From assembly GCF_902652985.1 (NCBI RefSeq), contig NC_047017.1, positions 39,866,001 to 39,930,000 of the forward strand: DNA of 64,000 nucleotides, in the 5' to 3' direction. Under the pieces are notes generated by a model. That model searched no databases, had not been told where the DNA came from, and saw only the letters and a list, made by a program, of their open reading frames with translations. The translations under genes were made by a program, and so were the position numbers. This DNA comes from Pecten maximus (Eukaryota). How positions within the stretch are numbered: the stretch's first letter is position 1; each line of letters opens with the position of its first letter. Shown here piece after piece: positions 36,401 to 48,818 of this stretch.

Positions 36401-39400
36401 CGCTCCTGGTAGCAAGGGTAACCTACCTCTGACAAGCTCCTGGTAGCTAGGATAACCTACCTCTGACAAGCTCCTGGTAGCGAGGGTAACCTACCTCTGA
36501 CTAGCTCCTGGTAGCGAGGGTAACCTACCTCTGACACGCTCCTGGTAGCAAGGGTAACCTACCTCTGACAAGCTCCTGGTAGCTAGGATAACCTACCTCT
36601 GACAAGCTCCTGGTAGCGAGGGTAACCTACCTCTGACTAGCTCCTGGTAGCGAGGGTAACCTACCTCTGACAAGCTCCTGGTAGCTAGGATAACCTACCT
36701 CTGACAAGCTCCTGGTAGCGAGGGTAACCTACCTCTGACAAGCTCCTGGTAGCTAGGATAACCAACCTCTGACAAGCTCCTGGTAGCGAGGGTAACCTTT
36801 CTCTGACACGCTCCTGGTAGCTAGGATACCCTACCTCTGACAAGCTCCTGGTAGCGAGGGTAACCTACCTTTGACAAGCTCTTGGTAGCGAGGATAACGT
36901 ACCTTTGACAAGCTCCTGGTTGCAAGGATAACCTACCTCTGACAAGCTCCTGGTAGCGAGGGTAACCTACCTTTGATAAGCTCCTGGTAGCGAGGGTAAC
37001 CTACCTCTGACAAGCTCCTGGTAGCGAGGGTAACCTACCTCTGACACGCTCCTGGTAGCTAGGATAACCTACCTCTGACAAGCTCCTGGTAGCTAGGATA
37101 CCCTACCTCTGACAAGCTCCTGGTAGCGAGGGTAACCTACCTCTGACAAGCTCCTGGTAGCGAGGGTAACCTACCTCTGACAAGCTCCTGGTAGCGAGGG
37201 TAACCTACCTCTGACAAGCTCCTGGTAGCGAGGGTAACCTACCTCTGACAAGCTCCTGGTAGGGAGGGTAACCTACCTCTGACAAGCTCCTGGTAGCGAG
37301 GGTAACCTACCTCTGACAAGCTCCTGGTAGCGAGGGTAACCTACCTCTGACAAGCTCCTGGTAGCGAGGGTAACCTACCTTTGACAAGCTCTTGGTAGCG
37401 AGGATAACGTACCTTTGACAAGCTCCTGGTTGCAAGGATAACCTACCTCTGACAAGCTCCTGGTAGCGAGGGTAACCTACCTCTGACAAGCTCCTGGTAG
37501 CGAGGGTAACCTACCTCTGACAAGCTCCTGGTAGCGAGGGTAACCTACCTCTGACAAGCTCCTGGTAGCGAGGGTGTTCATTAGTGAACTCTGTACTTGG
37601 GTTGTTTTTATTTTCATCCTGAGAGCCTCCAGACTTAATCCAGAGCTGGCCAAATCTCTTGAGATAGTCAATCTCTGACCCTCGCCTTTCCTCCTTTGTG
37701 ACCTGTTACACATAGAATTCAGTACTTGTGTACATTTCAGTAGAGTGATATACATCTGTAGTAGTGATTTAGAAAGTAGATAACGTGAATGTATATCAAC
37801 ATAAAAGTTTAAATTTTTATAATAACGTCAATTGACCTTTAGTTACCTGCCATAACTAACGGGAAGATTATTATCAGGAAACATCAGTTGTAAAATTTGG
37901 AATTTACAGTATGAAATGTAAACATTTACACTTTATTTTACAAACCTTCGTTTTTATCTACATGTATAAATATCTGAATACCAAGTCAACAATGGACTAT
38001 TGAAGTTTGTTTAGCAGCCTATCAGCAGCTATGGTCTTATAGGACAAAAGAATTGATGTATCTATCATAAAAAGAAATACTCAACACAACAGGAAGATCA
38101 AGCTAATTATCATTATCATGTGTATCATACAGTTTGGGAGTCTGACATTTTTTATGGTAAGTTAAGATATGGTATTATCAACTTGTTTTACTGTTAGAAA
38201 GTTCTAAGCTCCTCTGGAGTTTTTAAACAAAAATTCTTAGGAGCATATAATTAACTGTATCACTATGGTCCGTTATCTTTTACCCGAGTCCTGTTACAGT
38301 GCTCCAGACTGGCTACTTTGGCCACGATGAGTTGGCGTACTGTCTCTGGTATAGCTGTATTTAACAGAGGGTTTTGGATCATCTTCAACTCCTTTAAACT
38401 TTTTAACTTGTTGAGTTCATTAATACTAGACCACTGTATAAAGAGAAAAAAGATCAAATTAGTTAGGATACAGTTCAACCATACACTACCAGAACAAAGC
38501 TTAACTTTCACAACATTACCCCAACAAGTGACAATAAGATACAACATGTAATAAACTACAGTATGTGTAACTTTGACTGAAGTATGAGGTAGGCTTATTG
38601 AAGGACAATGAAGTAGTACAGTATTTGTCAACATTTCTTATGTCAGAAATACAATAGACATGAGTGGGCTTAATACCAGACACATGTTTATTGCTTGATT
38701 AATACAGTTAGTTCTCATATTTTCTATGGTTTTTTCCATTCAATTTCCTGCATGGGAATTCCATTTGGTGTAGATTTCAACATTTAACCAACCTTAATGA
38801 GAAGTACCTATAACCAGGGAAAACAAAAATAATTCTAACTAGGAATTCCTTCACTACCATGCAAGATTATATAATTTTACTGTTTATCAATCTTCTTTAT
38901 GAAGTAACCTTAAATCTCTGAAATATAATTTCAATCTTGGACTAGATATATTCTCCCCTGATCTAGTCTGATAAAAGTCCAGAATAATGAATGAGTCTTC
39001 TAAGATTGCTGACAAAGGGCAGGATAGGACGAGACACAGGTAACACTAGAAGATTGAAATTAAATCATGCCAGCTAGCATTTTACCTCTGATATTTTGTT
39101 GTAGTTGACACAAAGGTATTTCAAGGCTTGGAAGTGTTGACTTGTTTCACCATAATTCACATCTGGTAAGGCAATGGCATCAATGTTGTTGTCACTCACA
39201 ATCAGACTTTCTAACCTTAAACAAGGAAAACAATCAGCTGTGCTTCAAGTGATAACAACACAATGCCCTAAAATCACAAATTATTATGACTTCTATATCC
39301 TCCTGGTATATCACCAGTATTAGCACCTAATGTTACAGTGGGAAACAAAGCATTGATATGAATTTTCACCTCTAACTACATCCTAAGATCATCCTTAAGA

Positions 39401-42400
39401 TTGTATCCCTAAAACACCAATACATATATACAACAACATCCTAGAAGATGATTACCACTGTTACGACTGATTTACTTGTGACAATACTAGTTGTTACTGT
39501 TGACTGACTTTGGTAAACAATTGAGGTGAAGTACTTGTGACATCACAGTTACATTTGACTGAGTTTGGTAAATGACTAAGATGAAGTACTTGTGACCATG
39601 ACTGTTATGGTTGACTTACTAGGGTAAATGACTGAGATGAAGTACTTGTGACCATGCATGACTGTTATGGTTGACTTACTTGGGTAAATGACTAAGATGA
39701 AGTAATTGTGACCATGACTGTTATGGTTGACTTACTTGGGTAAACGACTAAGATGAAGTACTTGTGACCATGACTGTTATGGTTGACTTACTTGGGTAAA
39801 CGACTAAGATGAAGTACTTGTGACCATGACTGTTATGGTTGACTTACTTGGGTAAACGACTAAGATGAAGTACTTGTGACCATGACTGTTATGGTTGACT
39901 TACTAGGGTAAATGACTGAGATGAAGTACTTGTGACCATGACTGTTATGGTTGACTTACTTGGGTAAACGACTAAGATGAAGTACTTGTGACCATGACTG
40001 TTATGGTTGACTTACTTGGGTAAACGACTAAGATGAAGTACTTGTGACCATGACTGTTATGGTTGACTTACTTGGGTAAACGACTAAGATGAAGTACTTG
40101 TGACCATGACTGTTATGGTTGACTTACTTGGGTAAACGACTAAGATGAAGTACTTGTGACCATGACTGTTATGGTTGACTTACTTGGGTAAATGACTAAG
40201 ATGAAGTACTTGTGACCATGCATGACTGTTATGGTTGACTTACTAGGGTAAATGACTGAGATGAAGTACTTGTGACCATGCATGACTGTTATGGTTGACT
40301 TACTTGGGTAAATGACTAAGATGAAGTACTTGTGACCATGACTGTTATGGTTGACTTACTTGGGTAAACGACTGAGATGAAGTACTTGTGACCATGACTG
40401 TACATTGTTGGATTCTAGGTTGATGAGGGTAAGATTCTGCAGGCGACCTTGAGGGTCTGACAAGTTTGTAATGCCATTAAAACAGATGTGTAATTGTTGT
40501 AGAAGAGGAAACATAAGACTGCACTCCAGTATCTGTAAAAAAATCATCTCCATTTAAATAAGTATTATCAATAATTGCAAACAATGCCATAAAGTGAGTA
40601 TAATGCTTGCTATTTTCAACATTTCACTCAAAGAATATCATCCTAATTTATATTACTAGTTCAATCTTTAAAAGCAGCAAAGTAATGTCTTGTAAGTGGA
40701 TATTCCACAGAAAACAACTAGAGTCAGTGTTCTGTCAGAGTGACAGTGTAGCCCTGTATCTGTATATCTTACAATGAGTTCCAAGATTCACTAGTGTACA
40801 GTACAGACTAAGTCTTGAGGTGATAGATGATGTCAGTTTACCTTTTGCCAGCTGTATGGAATCCTATTTAGATACAGGACCTTCAAACATGGAAATGCTG
40901 ACTGTAACTCCGCTGTATTAGAGGGAAGTACTAATTTGTTTTCGCTGAAATATGAAAATGTTCGAAATTTCAGAACTAAAACACAATTTTATTCAGAAGA
41001 TATCGCTGCAAAACCTGTACTATCATTACCAATTATTGTAATAAATGATTAATTTTTCAGACAATTTCCACATCATTAAATATCTATATAAACATAAGAA
41101 ATGTATATGATTTTAATATTTAAAATTAAGTGTTCTTTCTGACAGTGTATTTCATAGTTTGCAGAGTGTTTGTGGCCCAGAAGTCCTACCTGACATTGAG
41201 ACTCCTTAATCCTGGCAGACATTCTGTGATGGCTGCCACTTTACACCATGAGGGCAACAGATTCTGAGCCATATCTAGCTCTTCTACACTATGTCCATGT
41301 GTCCTTAACTCAGAAGAGTGTGGACCAACACCATAGACCGCCATGTCACGCACCATAACCTCTACCAGACTGGCCAGCTGGCTACAAAACACAGAAAGTA
41401 TATTAAAACTAGAAGCAAACAGAATGATTGGGTGACACAGTGATAATACACCTGCCTTTCACCTACATCTAGCTGGCCAGGGTAGATCAGACACAAAAAG
41501 GTTAAGGGTCACCTGCCAAACCACATGGGTTTTCTCCAGTTTCTGGTTTCCTCCCATGGTAACACTCCTCACACATTTCCATCCTGGCCAATAATAGTAA
41601 TCTAATGTAAGTTGATATAACTTATTTCGCAATTGTTTAAAAAAAATAAAGATAAGTTTACATTTTTTAAACAGGCCGACAGTGATAAAATTAAACCTAC
41701 AACTCTAATATAATCTATACTGTTACCATACCAACCCTAAAATGCAGTACCTTTTTTCACTTTTTTTTCAGGCAAGTGCTGTTAAAGTCAGAATATTTGT
41801 GCTATTTAACCTATTTCAATCTTTGTACAAGATCATGCTAATCAATCTGTCTTACTTTTTCCACAAGTGATAACAAACAGACATCTTTTTATTTTGACAT
41901 CCAGACAAAATCTTAGTGATAAGATTTACGTATTTGACCTTTGAAATTGTATGATGCTATTGTTCCTATCATCAGAGTTAGTGTCAAATTCCTAATTATC
42001 CCGGTAAAAACAAAATGTAAAATACAACATTGTTTAAAATATGTTTTACCTCTGCTTTTTGTTTACAGACTTAGCGCCAACCATTTCCACTACTGTTTTT
42101 TTCTTGTTGTTGTCAAGAACAAAGAGTTCGGCTGTGATTACTCCTGCTTCCTCTCCTTGCTCTTCTCCATAGCGATCCTGGAAAGCATTATAAAAACTCA
42201 CCCCCATCTTCACCTTTTTTGGACGCACGAAAGACCCACCAGTGGGGTGTCTGAGAAAAAATAATTAAAAAACAATTATTATGATTTGAGACATTCTAAC
42301 CAAAGTGCTACATTAAATAATGGACTCCTTACTAGTTCCTTCTAGACAGGGTCTACATTCAACCATATACTCCTTACTAGTTCCTTCTAGATGAGGCTAC

Positions 42401-44000
42401 ATTCAATCATAGACTCCTTACTAGTTCCTTCTAGACAGGGGATACATTCAACCATAGACTCCTTACTACTTCCTTCTAGACAAGGTCTACATTCAATCAT
42501 AGACTCCTTACTACTTCCTTCTAGACAGGGTCTACATTCAACCATAGACTCCTTACTAGTTCCTTCTAGACATGGTCTACATTCAATCATAGACTCCTTA
42601 CTAGTTCCTTCTAGACAGGGTCTACATTCAACCATAAACTCCTTACTACTTCCTTCTAGACAGGGGCTACATTCAACCATATACTCCTTACTAGTTCCTT
42701 CTAGACAGGGTCTACATTCAACCATATACTCCTTACTAGTTCCTTCTAGTCAGGGGCTACATTCAACCATAGACTCCTTACTAGTTCCGTCTAGACAGGG
42801 TCTACATTCAACCATAAACTCCTTACTAGTTCCTTCTAGACAGGGTCTACATTCAATCATAGACACCTTACTAGTTCCTTCTAGACAGGGTCTACATTCA
42901 ATCATAGACTCCTTACTAGTTCCTTCTAGACAGGGTCTACATTCAATCATAGACTCCTTACTAGTGCCTTCTAAACAGGGGCTACATTCAAATTCCATCA
43001 TAGACTCTGTACTAGTTCCTTCTAGACAGGGGCTACATTCAATCATAGACCCCTAATTACTAGTTCCTTCTAGATAGGGGCTACATTCAAATTCAATCAT
43101 AGACTCCTTACTAGTTCCTTCTAGACAGAGGCTACATTCAACCATAGACTCCTTACTAGTTCCTTCTAGACAGGGGCTACATTCAATCATAGACTCTGTA
43201 CTAGTTCCTTCTAGACAGGGGCTACATTCAATCATAGACCCCTAATTACTAGTTCCTTCTAGATAGGGGCTACATTCAAATTCAATCATAGACTCCTTAC
43301 TAGTTCCTTCTAGACAGAGGCTACATTCAACCATAGACTCCTTACTAGTTCCTTCTAGACAGGGACTACATTCAATCATAGACTCCTTACTAGTTCCTTC
43401 TAGACAGGGGCTACATTCAATCATAGACCCCTAATTACTAGTTCCTTCTAGATAGGGGCTACATTCAAATTCTATCATAGACTCCTTACTAGTTCCTTCT
43501 AGACAGGGGCTACACACAAAAAAAAACATGGGTCTCCATGCACATTCCTACCTCACTGGTATATATTCAAATGAGTGCTAGCTATATAGTGCTATAAGAA
43601 AAGGTAAACTTTATACTTACTCAGTACTGAAGTAGTATTTCCCTTCATGTGTTCCATTGTGCTTTCCCCTGGAGGAATCGTCCCACTCCACACCAATCCA
43701 GGAATCTTTAATAAAGAAATTTACAGTGAACCGGGAAATCAAAAAAGAAAATACATATTTACCTCTTCCTCTTTAATAATAAAATAATAATCATCGTCCT
43801 CATCGTCATATACATCAGTGTATCACTATCTACCATCAACAAAAACTAGTAATTATTTCTCTTCAACTCTTTTCTCTTCATTTCTTATTACCTTTAGTGT
43901 TTGTAATTTCTCCAATGTAGCGAACAGTTGCAAAGTGTCCATCATAGATAATTCTGTCTCCTAACTGCAGAGGGTTACCATCATCATGCTTCACCTCCAT
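33497..44000 (-). CDS. TBCE: Tubulin-specific chaperone E (CAP-Gly, LRR, UBL)
   Basis: Exons 44000-43892, 43705-43621, 42250-42050, 41381-41190, 40944-40842, 40532-40360, 39215-39086, 38433-38284, 37702-37549, 35617-35552, 35041-34982, 34410-34319, 33589-33497, all phase-consistent. Motifs ATVRYIG, WIGVEWDDSSRGKHNGTHEG, HPTGGSFVRP, LRRs, HPRYQELVRVYGPPE, GTMTVQKLK and [26 protein letters not shown]. Probable 5'-UTR exon donor at 50264. Confidence 0.96.
35042..35551 (-). other. Probable U12-type (minor spliceosome) GT-AG intron in TBCE
   Basis: 5' end A|GTATCTTT. Branch site TTCCTTAAC (35059-35051) about 10 nt before the AG, with no polypyrimidine tract. Confidence 0.8.
35838..37574 (-). repeat. 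34-bp minisatellite, about 51 copies, made of the TBCE exon 3' end plus 5' splice site
   Basis: Minus-strand unit CCTCGCTACCAGGAGCTTGTCAGAG|GTAGGTTAC. The first copy is the coding end (PRYQELVR) of exon 37702-37549. Confidence 0.97.
39470..40400 (-). repeat. 56-bp minisatellite, about 16 copies, made of the TBCE exon 3' end plus 5' splice site
   Basis: Minus-strand unit CAGTCATGGTCACAAGTACTTCATCTTAGTCGTTTACCCAA|GTAAGTCAACCATAA. The first copy encodes QSWSQVLHLSRLPK of exon 40532-40360. Copies decay away from the exon. Confidence 0.97.
42320..43510. repeat. 45-bp minisatellite, about 26 copies, in a TBCE intron
   Basis: Unit CATAGACTCCTTACTAGTTCCTTCTAGACAGGGKCTACATTCAAY; source of the spurious ORFs at 42387-43424. 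Confidence 0.95.
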
Positions 44001-45793
44001 CTTCTTGTTTTAAGGTTTAGGTCTACCTGTTGGTTGAAGATATACTCTACCAATAAAAGGTGGTAATCTGGTTCTGTCAATTTATTTACTCTTACTATTG
44101 ATTGTTATGTTAATTCAAGACACTATTTTAATAATTTTGGTTGAATATCTGTTTTGTGGATAAATATTCTACATGTATATTGATTTTGTGACTGCTTTAC
44201 AACTGCAAATATACACACAAACTGTTGCAATAAAACAATAGCTTTTTACAATTGTTTAGATAGAACGTACATACAATGTATGTATTGGAAACATTTTTCA
44301 TTTAAATAAGACAAGTGAAAGAGAAACCTTAAGAAGAAAAGGATGTTAAAATGACTTGCCGGAATGCAGCTAGCCCAAAGGAAAAGATTGGGGGAGGTGG
44401 TAGCCGTTACAGTACTTTTAATGGGGTATGATCATGAAACACTCATAAAATACTATCTCCGGAGAAAAAGATTTCCTATCGAATGTGACTATTATGTCAG
44501 ACTTACATTAGAGTACAGGCTGTAAGAGTTATTTCTATTGTGAGCACTGATACATATATGAGATGTAGTCAGGAGACATGTTAGGCTGCATGTGACACCA
44601 GGAAAACAGCATAGCAACATGATAAAATATACAGATGAAATAATTCCTTTTTATGTGGTAAAAATTCAGAAGAAAAAAAAACTCACAATGATATGGTGTA
44701 TTAAATTTTAACAAGGTAACTTAGCTAGGTCATGTTCTTATTCCTCCATAACATAATATACATGTAGCTATCATCATATATCACTGCAAGACAGGTATGA
44801 TTTTGTCCATCGCATTTTACGTTCATTATCGATTCTTCTTAAGTTTCAAATATTTTGGTGAAATTTAAATAAATGTCCCAACATAAATCCTCACTGGTAT
44901 ATATTTTCATTTGTAGGTATACATGTAGTTGTTTCTCAACTAAAATAGGATTATCTATATAACCGGCGAACCGCTGAATGCTTACAGAAACATTTTTTCA
45001 TCCTTCATTTGAAAAGGATACTTCTTTTATTTTTTGCTCATCAAAAAGGCCTTTTCAGCTAGACTCTTATAAATGAAATAATCATGGAAGGTACATTATG
45101 TGTACGTACATGTATACATGGAATCCGGGAATTTTCGTACTAAATCGTTTTCGTACCGGGTATTTTCGTACTAAATCGTTTTCGTTCCAGGGAATTTTCG
45201 TACCAATAAATAATGATATAAGGAATATCGATTAAAATATTATATAAAATATGTGCCGATTGTTTGTCTTGTTATCTTCAATTGTTAAAAATAAAGCCAA
45301 CGTTCCGTGCTATTTTTCCCACTATGGCTTCCTGTTTATGCGGTCGTACTAAATAAGGTAAGTGTTAAAAATCGTTAATGTGCATCAACATTCAACATCA
45401 AACTATCAGACATCAAAAATTTCAAAATAACATAGATATTGCATAGTAATACATGTCCTTTAACTTTACCGGGTGTCAGTTAACTAAGTGATAATTGATT
45501 AGCTAATTAATTGATTGGCTAGGCTTAGTGTTGTTGCTTTATTGGCGTGTGATTACGTTGCGCGTAGGGTGTTTTCGTTACAGATTATCACCTTCTGAAG
45601 ATCATAAGATCGGCGTTTAATTGTTTTCATTAAATTTGAGGAAGAGGAGAAATTGAGGTACTCTTAGTAGAAGGAATGTTTAGATACGACATGAAGGAAG
45701 AGTTGAATTTGAGGTACTCTTACTTTTTTTGTGTACTCATAAAATGGCATTTTGGCCTAACCGGTCCACATTTCGTTGTTAACCTTCGGTATC

Positions 45794-48700
45794 ATGGCAG
45801 ACACTGAAGACTTGTGCATTGTTTGCAGATTTCCCGTGACACGTCGTCAACAAGCTGTAGCTTGTGACAGCTGTGAAAGATGGCAACACCGCACATGCGA
45901 TACAGGTAATTAATTAATTTCCTTTCTATAAATTTCATTAATTTCCTTTATATATATACGATTTATTTCATTATATATACGTCCCGTTGTACTTAGCGAT
46001 TTATTTCATAATATATACGTCCCGTTGTACTTAGCGATTTATTTCAATATTTATACGTCCCGTTGTACTTAGCGATTTATTTCATAATATATATACGTCC
46101 CGTTGTACTTAGCGATTTATTTCAATATTTATACGTCCCGTTGTACTTAGCGATTTATTTCATAATATATACGTCCCGTTGTACTTAGCGATTTATTTCA
46201 TTATACAAAATGTATATACGTCCCGTTGTACTTAGCGATTTATTTCATTATACAAAATGTATATACGTCCCGTTGTACTTAGCGATTTATTTCATAATAT
46301 ATACGTCCCGTTGTACTTAGCGATTTATTTCAATATATATACGTCCCGTTGTACTTAGCGATTTATTTCATTATATATACGTCCCGTTGTACTTAGCGAT
46401 TTATTTCAATATTTATACGTCCCGTTGTACTTAGCGATTTATTTCAATATTTATACGTCCCGTTGTACTTAGCGATTTATTTCATAATATATACGTCCCG
46501 TTGTACTTAGCGATTTATTTCATTATACAAAATGTATATACGTCCCGTTGTACTTAGCGATTTATTTCATTATACAAAATGTATATACGTCCCGTTGTAC
46601 TTAGCGATTTATTTCATAATATAAACGTCCCGTTGTACTTAGCGATTTATTTCAATATATATACGTCCCGTTGTACTTAGCGATTTATTTCATTATATAT
46701 ACGTCCCGTTGTACTTAGCGATTTATTTCAATATTTATACGTCCCGTTGTACTTAGCGATTTATTTCATAATATATATACGTCCCGTTGTACTTAGCGAT
46801 TTATTTCATTATATATACGTCCCGTTGTACTTAGCGATTTATTTCATAATATATACGTCCCGTTGTACTTAGCGATTTATTTCATTATACAAAATGTATA
46901 TACGTCCCGTTGTACTTAGCGATTTATTTCATAATATATACGTCCCGTTGTACTTAGCGATTTATTTCAATATATATACGTCCCGTTGTACTTAGCGATT
47001 TATTTCATAATATATACGTCCCGTTGTACTTAGCGATTTATTTCATTATACAAAATGTATATACGTCCCGTTGTACTTAGCGATTTATTTCAATATTTAT
47101 ACGTCCCGTTGTACTTAGCGATTTATTTCATAATATATATACGTCCCGTTGTACTTAGCGATTTATTTCAATATTTATACGTCCCGTTGTACTTAGCGAT
47201 TTATTTCATAATATATACGTCCCGTTGTACTTAGCGATTTATTTCATTATACAAAATGTATATACGTCCCGTTGTACTTAGCGATTTATTTCATAATATA
47301 TACGTCCCGTTGTACTTAGCGATTTATTTCAATATTTATATGTCCCGTTGTACTTAGCGATTTATTTCAATATTTATTTCCTTTATATATACGATAAACT
47401 ATTTTCTGTTAGGAATTTCCTTGGCGGACTATCGCCTGGCAGTGAGGACATCGTCCGACATTTGCTTCACTTGTCTTCAGTGTGCACCCGATATCCCCCC
47501 TAGCGATTCCGAGACCGACATCACCGACTTCACCGACCAGCTCCCGGTTGCCAACTTCAATCTTGATGATTCCTTTGACATGTCCGATCGGGAGAGACCG
47601 GATGAAGCAACGGAGCCGCAAGAGGAGTAAGTTAAAAACATAACTCAGTTCAATTCAATAATAAATTCATTAATAATGAAAATACAATTTGAATGATGTT
47701 GTTATATGCTTTCTTTAAGATATTGTGCTCACATCAAATGATCCAGATGACTTATCACATTTTTTTAAATTTAATTTTATTACCTGTTTCAACAATTTCA
47801 TAAATACAATTTTGCTTAATAGGTCATTTGATGCACATGGGGAGCCAGCAGAGGACAGCATCCTGGACGACCAGCCCACCACATACGAGGTACTTGCCAA
47901 AGGAACTACCCGCGGGAAGCCTCTACTGGTGTCAAGTGATGGGTATACATATACAGTAAAGGTAAGAGTCAATAGGTGTCCATATCATCCTGATTACTTA
48001 TATTAATTCTACATGTATGTGAACTTTATTTCATCATGTAATATACATTGTACATCATACATGTACATGCAGTATTGTAATGAAGCCATTTAATTTATTG
48101 TTCCTTTATTTATAAACACAAATTTAACAATATATATTGGTTTTCAGAGGACCAACAAGTCGACGACCATATGGACTTGCAGCCTTAGATCAAAGGTTAT
48201 CCATTGTTATGTTAGGACGTTGCCCTGCAGAGCCTGGTCACCCTCTTAGCCAGTTTGTTGAGCCAGTTTGTTGAGTACGTGAGGAGCCAGTGGATTGACT
48301 CTGCCACTTTCCCGCCGACATCTTGGTCAGCCTTTGAATCATCGGTCCGAACCAACAATGACGTTGAAGGTAATTATAATTCATAATAGCGATAATCAAT
48401 ATAATCCTGTCAATCAACATGTTAAACACTATTAGAGCTATAATTACATTTCTAATTACATGTACCTAAACTTGATGGTATAAAAAAAAATATGAATGCA
48501 CAAGTGACAACATTGTGCTATTTCAGAGAATGTACTCACTATATTTTCTTCTAAATTTCAGGCTGGCACAACCGATTGAACAGGAAGACTGACAACCACC
48601 CAGCTATGTATGTCCTGATACCATTACTCCAGAAGGAAGCCGCAGCAGTGGAGGCCCAGATCGTGTCGGAGGACATCGAGCGTGACAACAGACGGGCATA

Positions 48701-48818
48701 CACTGCTATTGAGAAGAAGCTGAGGGGTGCCACAGAGAGGTACATGGACAACACATTGTCAACGACAGGATTTCTAAAGGCGGTGGCAGCAGTTTATGTT
48801 TGTGGTAGGGACATGTAG
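45794..48818 (+). pseudogene. Intron-containing PHD-FLYWCH-MULE transposase lacking the central catalytic region
   Basis: Exons 45794-45905, 47413-47626, 47823-47961, 48148-48369, 48562-48818. PHD finger (CIVC..CDSCERWQHRTC..CLQC), FLYWCH start (GKPLLVSSDGYTY..WTC..HC), then a jump at about 48210 to the C-terminal part EYVRSQWI..WSAF..RTNNDVEGWHNRLN. A 13-bp duplication AGCCAGTTTGTTG and an in-frame stop at 48247-48249 follow. Confidence 0.85.
45958..47375. repeat. About 38-47-bp minisatellite, about 35 copies, inside transposase intron 1
   Basis: Invariant core TACGTCCCGTTGTACTTAGCGATTTATTTCA alternating with a few AT-rich linker variants (TAATATA, ATATTTA, TTATACAAAATGTATA). Confidence 0.95.

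Noticed and set aside
42387-43424. MIECRPCLEGTSKES and SRQGLHSIIDSLLVP repeat ORFs
   Set aside because: These come from a 45-bp intronic minisatellite; the TBCE exons on both sides join in frame without it.
45958-47375. CRISPR-like appearance (constant repeat plus variable spacer)
   Set aside because: Linkers are 7-16-nt AT-rich variants reused many times rather than unique 30-nt spacers. There are no cas genes and the context is a eukaryotic intron.
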